64,000 bases of DNA from Glycera tridactyla (taxonomy: Eukaryota). This document shows positions 1 to 10,749 of this stretch, piece after piece. Numbering within the stretch: position 1 is the first letter of the stretch; every line of letters starts with the position of its first letter. The notes under the pieces were generated by a model, which was given only the letters and a program-made list of their open reading frames with translations, ran no database searches and had not been told where the DNA came from. The stretch spans positions 15,314,001 through 15,378,000 of the forward strand of contig OZ286462.1 of the NCBI GenBank assembly GCA_965644265.1. Reading direction: 5' to 3'. The translations under genes were made by a program, and so were the position numbers.

Positions 1-1049
1 TGAAACCAGCGTGAAATTGACATATTTTGCGTTCTAATGTGAAATATACAAGAGTACCTCGACGTGGTCACATTTCTAGTCGTCGGAGATGTCAAAAATG
101 TCTGTCGGCAAGTTTCATTTCAATCTGACGCCAATTCACCATGCTGAGACGAAAAACGTACCCGCCACGATTAAGCTTGACAGACTGTAACAACTCTTCA
201 CTTCAACATATTCGATCAAATGAGAAGATCAAAGATTGATCGAAGATTGACCATCGAACTAAACTGAAATACAGAGTCTTGAAATCCGGGTGATCAGGTT
301 CTCTGAAAATCCACTGAGAGAATCGACAACATGTCAAGATGTGTCTGAATCTAGGATTGGTCATTGCTCCATTACGGTGTTCGTGGAACTTTATTGGAAT
401 TACACAGCCCGTGGTTCATTGGGACGATGTGGTTAAAAAATTCTCCAAGTTGTGAGCTCATACTTCTTTTTCAAATGCTTTTGAAGCTTGGTGAAATGAA
501 TTATCTGATGCAATCCAGATCCAATCTCTTCCCAAGTAGTAAGCCCCAAAGTTCACAATTCATCCGATAGGTTAGACACCTGTTGCATATAATGATGACC
601 CATGTAGTCTGGTGGAGGAGCAACGCATTCTGTACTGTGTCAAACTCGGTCCCCTAATATCGGATAAAAGCCGCCTACATGACGGTATTCGTCTGTGAAT
701 TTTCGACTATCCCAGCAATGCATCACCCTTCTATCAAGTACAGTTTATATGCGAATATTATTCTTATCTTCCCCTCGATCCCCTGTTTGGTGTGGCATTT
801 TACTGTCTACAGCATACGGGCCTGGGGTCATTCCAGTATCAAACTGCACTTGTTATGCTTCGATTTTGAGCGGAATTTGGTATGGATATATGTAGTGTTC
901 CTATGTCTTCTCTGAATGAATGAGAATGATATTATATGTCTCATCACAATCAATAATGATCCAGGTGGCCTTCATGCAAAAATGAAGATAATCCCAGTGT
1001 GGTATGTGATCCCATCCGAAAAAAATGAAGGATTCTCGTTTCTCAAGTC

Positions 1050-1320
1050 GATTCATTTGAATCGAAGGAGTTGGGTTTCCATAATGAATTCATTGGAATC
1101 AAAGGAATTGGGTTTCTCTGATCGATTCATTGGAATCAAAGGAATTGGGTTTCTCTGATTGAATCATTGGAATAAAAGGAATTGGGTTTCTCTGATTGAA
1201 TCATTGGAATCAGAAGAGTTGAGTTTCACCGGTTGATTTGTCGGAATTGAAGGATCTGGTTTCCCCAATTAGTTTTTTTGAATCGGAGGATTTCGGTTTC
1301 TCTTGTTGATTTATTGGAAT
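1050..1320. repeat. About 37-bp minisatellite, about 7 degenerate copies
   Basis: Recurrent gattcattggaatcaaaggaattgggtttctctgat(c/t). Confidence 0.85.
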
Positions 1321-1497
1321 ATTCAGCACACACAAATTTATTCAGGCACGGAACAGCTATATGACTGTAATCATGGCCATTGTATAGACGTTATGATATA
1401 GTTGAGATAGTGCTTGTGGTACGTTAAATAGAAACATATCAACCAACCAACATTGATGATGTGTGAGAGATTATATGTAGATTATGTCTCATTACAG

Positions 1498-1733
1498 ACT
1501 TCGATATTCTGAAGGGTTTCCTGGAGAAGTCGCGCACAGAGGTGGAGGTGTGGCGTGTGACGAAGGGCATCTCACCGGATCAAGCGCGGGAGATGCTCAA
1601 GCGCATGCGCGATGACCGACAGGTCAAGAACTATCTCGTGCTCACTACCCCTCCTCTCATTCGTCGCTTCTTTCGATCAGCTCGCAGATTGGGCATGATC
1701 TCCCCAACGTACAATTGGATGGTACCCAACCTC
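1498..1733 (+). CDS. iGluR-family receptor, exon A (amino-terminal domain)
   Basis: attacag|AC acceptor and CTC|gtgagt donor. Translates (D)FDILKGFLEKSRTEVEVW...MLKRMRDDRQVKNYLVL...ARRLGMISPTYNWMVPNL, matching the iGluR ATD 'LGM...Y.W/Y...NL' segment. Phase 1 in, phase 0 out. No upstream exons found in the window. Confidence 0.85.
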
Positions 1734-1948
1734 GTGAGTAATCAAAGTGCATTACTTTATTGTCTTTCTTTGCTTTTGCTGCTCTTACAGGATTGTGGGT
1801 TACTCATCACATTGCCAAGGCTTCCCAATGCTCCAAGAATTTTATTCCGATGATAAGTAGAAATGTACACAATGCTCTCATGGCAATGACCACACCTGAC
1901 TATGAACATTCATGTACGAATGTTCACCGATTACACACTCCTTATATA

Positions 1949-3133
1949 TGTTATGCGCCAACGGCCGATCGGGGCGATCGGCCGATAGCGCTGCGCCGAC
2001 GATCGATCGGTCGTTGGCGCAGGAATCGGTCGATGGCACTGCGCTATCGACGGCCGGGGAGCAGATGACAATCCATAATGACTGAAGTTTGCCAGAAATC
2101 GTAACTTTGCACTCGTATTTGGGGAGGATAAACACATTGAAAACTTATGAAACCTCCATCACATACTCTTATGACTTATGCTATTAAAACCCCGTATTCA
2201 CTTTTGATGTATATGGAGCGGTTGATGGAATATCCAGCATTAAAATGGGAGGTTGGCGAGTGAAAAAACAAGATGGCGGCGATTGTTCACATCCAATATC
2301 GACGACTTTCGATGAAGATTTAATGACATAAATACATTGAAATCGAGATGTAATACATATGTTACGCGCCAACGAGCAATCAGCGCGATCGGCAGATAGC
2401 GCTGCGCCAACAACTGATCGTTGGCGCCACACACGGTCGATAGCGCTGCACTATCGGCAGAATTGGCTCACGTGAGATGGCGCGCATACTTCGCTATAAA
2501 GAAGTTTGCCATGAAATCGTAACTTTGTGCCCGGATTTGGAGATGATAAACACATTGAAAAAATATGAAACCTTCGTCAAATAATCTTATGACTCTTGTT
2601 ATTAGAACCCGACGTTTGCCTTTGTTGTATATTGAACGGTGGCCGAAATATCAAGTGTCAAAGTTGAGAAGCCGGCAAATGAAAAACAAGATGGCGGCGA
2701 TTGTTTACATCAGAAACCGCCGACTTTCGGCCACAATATCGCCAGAACGAATGCATGGACATTAACCGAATCCCGCCAGTTGATGAAGCTGGCCTTCCTG
2801 TTCTCATATCTGCGACCTGCATTCCAAAATCTGTCACTTTGTCTGACATCGATCAATTGTTGGGCGATCGATCGATCTTGGTGCCAACGATCGATCGGTC
2901 GTTAGCGCAGCGCTATCGGCCGATCGCGCAGATTGGTCGATGGTGCGTAACACATACAGTCGATAGGAAATTTTGTTTTCTTCATACCTCGATGTATATC
3001 GTGAATGAAATCTGTCAATAGGCTTGCCATCCATCAATTATTGCGCGATCGATCGATCATGGCGCCAACGACCGATCGATCGTCGGCGCAGTGCTATCGG
3101 CCGATCACGCAGATCCGTCGATAGCGCATAACA
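1949..3133. mobile_element. MITE-like non-autonomous DNA element (outer copy) with about 70-bp TIRs and TA flanks
   Basis: TA|TGTTATGCGCCAACG...gatcgatcggtcgttggcgc at 1949-2020 is the reverse complement of gcgccaacgaccgatcgatc...gcgcataaca|TA at 3062-3133. Confidence 0.8.
2360..2952. mobile_element. Second copy of the same MITE family inserted inside the first
   Basis: Has its own TIR pair (tgttacgcgccaacg... / ...ggtgcgtaaca). Interior 2500-2730 is homologous to 2085-2310, and 2835-2880 to 3010-3062. Confidence 0.75.
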
Positions 3134-3999
3134 TATACATCCAATACACAAGTCGGAGAGAATCCCAAAAGATCATATGACTGTACATTTACGTATATCC
3201 ATCAAACCTGGAGATATTGTATTCGAGGACTACTTGCTGGAGTTCTATGATGGCATCGGTACTTGTTGAAAGAGTTTCGGGTTTTATGGGTGTCTTGCAC
3301 CTGTCTCACAGCCTACATCCTGTAATCATGAAGGATCTTCGTATGTAGGCTAATGATATCTAATGATACTGGGATGCTGCTGGGGGGGGGGGGGGGGGGA
3401 GGGTTATAGGCGTCGGTCAGGGGTATGTGGTTCGCTAATTCATTCAATTATTTGTTTCATTTATCAGTTCGATAATTCATCTATCTATTTCTATAATTTA
3501 TCCATTTATTTATTTCCTTTTTTCCCTCCTTCTCACATTTCATCTATTCATTTTCTACTTTACTTATTCATCCATTTATTTCTCCATATCCAAAAAGAAG
3601 CCAGCATGGGAAAATGTTTCTGTATATTAATTGCGATTTTATGTCAGATATTGAGCAACTTTCACTCCACGATACCCATATGGCTCATCAGTTTCGAATA
3701 CTCAGAATAACATCTCCTCGTAATATCAAGGATACGAAATTACTATTTGTTGTTCGTGTGTATTAGGGTCTGAATCAATATCCAAGGATATAAAAAAAGA
3801 GATCTCATCCACAATATGCTTCCCTATGACCTATCAAGCCGAGAAGCATTCTTTTTCGATGAAGCATAACTTTTTTTTACAAATATTCTGATAGAGAGAA
3901 GTTATATTCATGAAATATATGGCGTCAAGGCCCAACCAATCAGTTGTGGCATACAGAATATTGCATCGACTCTTGAAGTTTGCCATCTAGTACATATTA

Positions 4000-5175
4000 T
4001 ATGGACACTCAAGCCACATTTTTCTACTCTATTCCACAAACTGAGTAGTCCATAGTGGTGGCATTCACCTACAACCACAAAGCACTTCATAATGGACAAG
4101 CAAGTCTCATTTTCTATTACATTCCACAAACTGAATAGTCCTTAGTGGTAGCATTCACCTACAGCCACAAAGCACTTCATAATGGACAAGCAAGCCTCAT
4201 TTTCTATTCTTTTCCACAAACTAAAAAGTCCATAGCGGTGGCATTCACCTACAGCCACAAAGTACTTCATAATGGACAAGCAAGCCTCATTTTCTATTCT
4301 TTTCCACAAACTAAATAGTCCTTAGTGGTGGCATTCACCTACAAATACGAAGCACTCCATGATGAACAAGTCTATTCCATAGACTGAATAATCCATAATG
4401 ATGGCATTCACCTATAAATACCGAGCACTCCATGGTGGACAATCAAGCCTCATTTTCTATTCTGTTCTACAGACTAAAAAGTCCTTAGTGGTGGCATTCA
4501 CCTACAAATACAAAGTACTTCATAATGAACAATCAAGCCTCATTTTCTATTCTATTCCATGGACTAAATAATCCAAAATGATGGCATTCACCCACGAATA
4601 CAGAGCACTCCATGGTGGACAAACAAGCCTTATTTTCTATCCTATTCCACAGACTAAATAATCCATAATGGTGGCATTCATCCGCAGATACAAAGCACTT
4701 CATGGTGGTCAATAAAGCCTCATTTTCTAATTATTCCAAAAACTGAATAGTCCTCAGTGGTGGCATTCATCTACAAATACAAAGCACTCAGTGATGAACA
4801 AGCAAGCCTCATTTTCTATTCTATTCTACAGACTAAATAGTCCTTAGTGGTGGCATTCACCCACAACTACAGAGCACTTCATGGTGGACAATCGAGCCTC
4901 ATTTTCTATTCTATCCCACAAACTGAATAGTCCATAGTGATGGCATTCACCTACAACTACAAAGCACTTCATGGTGGACAATCAAGCTTCATTTTTCATT
5001 CCACTCCACAAACTAAATAGTCCTTAGTGGTGGCATCCACACACAAATACAAAGCACTTCATGATGAACAAGCAGGCCCTATTTTCTAATCTATTCCACA
5101 AACTAAATGGTCCATAGTAGCGGTTCTCAATTACAACCACCAAACACTTCATCATTGACAAGCGAGCCCCTATTT
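4000..5175. repeat. 90-bp minisatellite, about 13 copies
   Basis: attccacaaa at 4031, 4121 and (variant) 4211; unit ...tagtggtggcattcacctacaa...aagcacttcat...gacaagcaagcctcattttctatt. Confidence 0.95.
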
Positions 5176-5801
5176 CACAGCGGTATGTACACGTTGAGAG
5201 TGGCGTTGGTGCTCTCAGACGCTTTCTCATAAAATCATAGCATCTGTAGATGGTTACTTTATTCGTGATCCCTCTTTTCTCCCACCCATAAAACAGTGTC
5301 CGGAGATTTGTCAACTCTTCTTCATTTCTGTCAAGTTTGATGTCAAGTGAAAAGAACGATTTATCGAGCTCATAGGTCACTCTGGTAGTTTGTGATGGCA
5401 CTTGTCAGTGTCAGAAATGTGACCTGATACAGCCGAAAGAGGTATGTGGGTGTGAATAGTTTGAGCTAGAAACGTATTCCAGCATTTGCACCCAATCTAT
5501 TTGCGGAATAAATGAATTTGTCTTGCTGCTAGTAGTCCATGAAAGAAACTGTGAAGTTATACCAGACTGGCACTTTCCAAGACAAGGAAATTATCCATCT
5601 ATATGTATACATGATCTATTTGAAGTGTTCTTCACCTTTCCTCATCTAAACTTATCATGTCAATGACAAAGGTCCTTTCAATACAGTCAACTAATCAAAG
5701 TTAGCCGTAGAGCTATGAATTGTCGTGAACATTACTTAACTATTTCCTCTGCTTTTCCATTTCTGTTCCTGAGGTCATTTTCGTTATGTTCTGTTGCCCT
5801 C

Positions 5802-7976
5802 TCTTTGTTACTCACCCTGATGAGATGGAAACGAGATTTATGTCTGGTTGAAGTCGGATGAAGATTTTGGAGCCTTATGAAGCCTTCATTATTAGTACAA
5901 CGAGATACAATGGATTAGTTCCTCTTGTATTCCGATGTATTCAGCACGTGTGTCTATTGCATCAAATCTATGAGGCATCATCCAATGACTATTTCAGTCT
6001 GGGATCTAGGCCTTGTCCTCTTTACACATATATTCAGTTGCGAAGTTGGGATATTCCGCAAGGGAGCAAACTATTGGACGGTTAGTATCCTTGACAAACT
6101 TGTTGAATTGATAATGTGATGGAAAGGTTGATAGCGTTTACATCAATATGATCATTTTTGAGAACATCAATGTCATTACCATCATTATACAATCTCCTTC
6201 CACCCTCGAATTAAATATCGGATCTGTTGATAACAACAATCTCCACATTTTCTAACCTTTTTGATCGTCTCTTTCACCCATCATCTGATATATTGTCACC
6301 CAGTTCCGAACAATTCAGTTCGCAATGAAGTACTTTCAGTAGCACCCTCCTTCATATTCTGCTGATTACTAAACACCCGTATCTGGCGTCACTTACCAAT
6401 GTTTGATGTCAATCCCCATGTTCGATGTTTTCTCATGTAATTTTGTATAGGTCATGGTGGATGGCCGGTAATGGAAGGATAGAAATATAGTTCAATCTTG
6501 ATAGGTATGCATCGTTCGATCAACTGAATTGATGATAAATTTTCACTGTGTTTGAAATGTTTGCATCGCATTTGGAACGTTTGCACCGCGGTTGAAATTG
6601 GCGATACTGCGATGGCCCATAAGCGCCATCAAAATATAAGGTCCTCCACTGTATCACACATTTCCACTAAAATGGAAACATCTCTGCCACAGTGGGAACA
6701 TTTCAACCCAGACGGAAACGATCCGAACATGGTGGAAATTAAACTAAATTTTCACCATGGAGGTAATATTTCCACCACTGTGCGAATGTGTAGTATGTTG
6801 GAGGTCGGGATAATTTTCAATGATGGCACTCATGGGCCATCGTATCAAACAGTGGAGGTTGAAATAATATTTCGATGGCATCATTGAACAGCGTACTTCT
6901 TTGTTACTCACCCTGAAAAGATGGAAATGAGATTTATGTCTGGTTGATGTCGGATAAAGATTTTGGAGCCTTATGAAGCCTTCATCATTAGTACAACGAG
7001 ATACAATGGATTAGTTCCTCTTGTATTCCGATGTATCCAGCACGTGTGTCTATTGCGTCAAAACTATGGGGCATCATCCAATGACTATTTCAGTCTGGGA
7101 TCTAGGCCTTGTCCTTCTTACACATATATTCAGTTGCGAAGTTGGGATATTCCACAAGGGAGCAAACTATTGGACGGTTAGTATCCTTGACAAACTTGTT
7201 GAATTGATAATGTGATGGAAAGGTTGATAGCGTTTACATCAATATGATCATTTTTGAGAACATCAATGTCATTACCATCATTATACAATCTCCTTCCACC
7301 CTCGAATTAAATATCAGATCTGTTGATAACAACAATATCCACATTTTCCAACCTTTTTGATCGTCTCTTTCACCCATCATCTGATATATTGTCACCCAGT
7401 TCCGAACAATTCAGTTCGCAATGAAGTACTTTCAGTAGCACCCTCCTTCATATTCTGCTGATTACTAAACACCCGTATCTGGCGTCACTTACCAATGTTT
7501 GATGTCAATCCCAATGTTCAATGTTTTCTCATGTAATTTGTATAGGTCATGGTGGATGGCCGGTGATGGAAGGATGGAAATATAGTTCAATCTTGATAGG
7601 TATACATTGTTTGATCAACTGAATTGATAATAAATTTTCACTGTGGTTGAAATGTTTGCATCGCATTTGGAACGTTTGCACCGCGGTTGAAATTGGCGAT
7701 ACTGCGATGGCCCATAAGCGCCATCAAAATATAAGGTCCTCCACTGTATCACACATTTCCACTGAAATGGAAATATCTCTGCCACAGTGGGAACATTTCA
7801 ACCCAGACGGAAACGATCCGAACATGGTGGAAATTAAATTAAATTTTCACCATGGAGGTAATATTTCCACCACTGTGCGACCGTGTAGTATGTTGGAGGT
7901 CGGGATCATTTTTAATGATGGCGCTCAGGGGCCATCGTCACATACAGTTGATGGCATCATGGAACAGCGTACTTCT
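5802..7976. repeat. Recent head-to-tail duplication of about 1.1 kb (5802-6897 and 6898-7976)
   Basis: tctttgttactcaccctga at 5802 and 6898 (offset 1096). Near-identical ORF-track peptides occur in both copies. Confidence 0.95.
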
Positions 7977-8391
7977 CACATGGGCTGACACTCATACATT
8001 ATCGTCACACTGGTTATCGTTTCAGCACTTCGTACGTCAAAAAGTCAAGTACAAAGACCTTTTTACTCCGTGGTTTGAATTTTGTTTTTGTGTTCCCTAA
8101 AGGGTGTCAAATTGGTTGCTTTTGGTGGCTTCTTCCAAGATGGATATGACCCTTTTCAAGTTTATCTGCGCAACTATGCATACCATCGCATGAACAAGAG
8201 AGCAATCTTAAAAGTCATGTTGTAGGTTCTTAAGCAAACCAAAGTGAATCTACTTCTGCTGGGCTCATAGATAAAATCACTGCGCATACACTGGGATGCC
8301 CTAAGTGAACAGTAGCTCATTGTATTCTGACCAGTGCCGAATGCATTACAACAGAAACAAGAGCGCCCAAGGGCGCCGAGAGATCTCCGAA

Positions 8392-8394
<3 letters not shown>

Positions 8395-8454
<60 letters not shown>

Positions 8455-8478
8455 GACGAAGAGACAGAGAGAGAGAGG
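8395..8478. repeat. (GA)n microsatellite
   Basis: Direct reading. Confidence 0.95.
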
Positions 8479-8994
8479 AAAAAACAAACACAGACAGGGA
8501 AAAAGATGGATGGATCGGGGTATTGACGAGCCTTCCTTCTGGAATATGGGGCAGCGAGTCATGAGCGAGCCACCCGTGGATTTGTCTTGTACGATTATGG
8601 CCACATTTCATCACAAACAGAGGCGTTCGCAAGAAGTTCATAAAATCGCCGTCATTCATGCTTATTAGGTTCGGAGCCGGGACTACTTTCGCCAAATCTC
8701 TCTGTCTCTCTGTCCATCTCTCTGTCTGTCTGTCTGTCTCTCTTTTGATTCCTCGATATCCATTTGTCTTATCTCCATGTATAAATCTCGAAAAATCTGT
8801 GTTTTGGTTGATGTGATGGTTCGGAGGGGAGTAAAGTAGTGCTTCTTCTTCGCACCTCATTACCAGGTTTCATTGATCAATGCGCTGATTCATGAATGAA
8901 GTTGTAGAAAGCGTGTGTAAAACCAGCCAATCAGAAATCAGGATTGGCAGGCATTTACTATTTGTGCGTAGCTATACATCTCTGAGCGATCTCA

Positions 8995-9260
8995 TCTGTG
9001 TGCTTGGGTAATCGGCAACAAAAACGAATGTTTGGCGAAATGTCCATTACGTAATCGGTACATTTCCTCAAATAGTCGTTAATCAGATCGATAAATCATC
9101 TCGAAATTGTGTTAGATTAGATCATTCGATCCTTTCACACAGATCCGATCAAGATTCGTTTGATTATATCAGCCTCCAGAGTCAGAATCAGCGAAGTTAG
9201 AAAGCATTTCGAGCAAAGAGGTGATAGCATAGTGATCTCCAACGGAGATCACAAAAACGT
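8995..9260 (+). mobile_element. Dispersed repeat with terminal GATCTCC..GGAGATC hairpin (copy 1)
   Basis: Collinear similarity to the reverse complement of 31705-31975 (gtaatcggc.acaaaaacga; gtcgttaat; cctttcacacag; tcagaatc.gcgaagttag; gatctcc...ggagatc.caaaaac). Confidence 0.7.
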
Positions 9261-9489
9261 TCATACATCGCATTTTCTCTTCTGAAACGGAGGTAACATT
9301 TTTGGCCATCGACATGGTGGTGGTTTTGATATAGATATAGTCGTACAGCTTTTTTTGACTCGGGTATCTGTGTGAGGAAGAAATGGCTATCTGCTCTCTC
9401 TACTGCCTCTTTTAATGAAGATTCTTGTGTGTGCGACGTGGATGTGTACGTGTGAGTGTAAGCACATGTGTGCGTGTGTGTTTGTGTCT

Positions 9490-9795
9490 GTCTGTCTGTC
9501 CATCTGTCTACCTGCCTTTTTTCTTCTGGTCTGTCTGTCCATGGTTGTGAGTATTAACGTGTTTCTATTATTGTATGAGTGACATTTGTCAGATATGGAG
9601 ACGGACACATATAGACTGTCGGACGTGACCAAATTCAATACTGGCAGACAGACATACAGCGAGTCTAAAAGACAATATGCAGAAAGATAGACATGTAGTT
9701 ATTCGGCAAGATGTAGGACGAAAGAGATAGGGAGAGAGAAGACAGAGAGAAGACAGAGAGAGGAATTGACAGGAATTGAATTGAAGTAGGAGATA
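9490..9795 (+). repeat. About 300-bp microsatellite-rich dispersed repeat, copy 1
   Basis: ctgtctacctgcctttttt...gagtgacatttg.cagatatggagacggacac...atatgcagaaagatagacatgtag recurs at 13795-14215. Confidence 0.85.
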
Positions 9796-10749
9796 AAGAT
9801 AACTCTAATGAATGCCTGAACTATTCCGACATGATGCATGCTCAAGCTAGATACACCTGGCAATCCGTATCTCACTTCCATCATTGAGACCACACGTAGT
9901 TCTATCAGGTATGATCATTCAGGATCATCAGATATATCAGATATGATCATTCAAGATCATTTTAATGTTTGCTGATTGAATAGCTAATATTTGAACACGA
10001 GTGTTACAGGAAATGATATCAGGCATGTACAATCTAAAAATTTCTAACTCATTCAAATAGAAGAAACTAAATTAGGAATTTATATAGAGACAATTGACCG
10101 AGTAGACCTCTGTCTGTACGCAAAGCAGTGCACCAATTGCTGCTCCTATATCCATAATGTGTAATTAGTTATCCAGTATTATTATCTAATATACCAATTT
10201 GTTATTGACCTCATAGGGTAATGGCTAAATATTGACAAAATACCCACATCACTTTAGATATGTGAAGGTTCCCACCTCTCTCAAATGGATAAGAAATTCA
10301 GAATCAGAAGACATTGTACAATTTCGAAAATTCACAAGGTCATCAGGCTCTCCATAGGACACATGGAGTCACCCCATATTTTCAAATCTACTTAATTACT
10401 ATTCATCACGATCAGGTGTCAGATGATAATGCTAATTATTTTTCATATGGAATAGTATTATGAGATATGTTAAGTCTGGCAACAGAAACTTAATCTTCAT
10501 ACAAAAAGACATGTAAAAGTGTAGATACTGGGCACTGTAACATTCAGCAGGCAAAATAAGATTTTGTTGGCAGCAGCAAATATCGGTCCCAGGAGTTAGG
10601 AAATGAGCAGTGCTCCCACTAATAACCTCAGACATTCGCATCATAGAACCAAGTTAGAGTTTCTCAGGAAGCACCAAAAAGTGGTACCCGGAGTAACGAA
10701 ATAAGCAGTGCTCCCACTAATGACCTCAGACATAAACATCAACATGGAA

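Noticed and set aside
364-410. LLHYGVRGTLLE resembles a LINE RT motif
   Set aside because: Only about 12 residues with no flanking RT motifs; too short to call.
608-694. Possible upstream iGluR exon (LVEEQRILYCVK...LHD, phase-1 end)
   Set aside because: Weak gtattc donor, and the peptide does not resemble the expected ATD 'W....IYD' segment.
8174-8860. 228-aa minus-strand ORF
   Set aside because: Held open by (CT)n and (CTGT)n microsatellites, with no recognisable domain.
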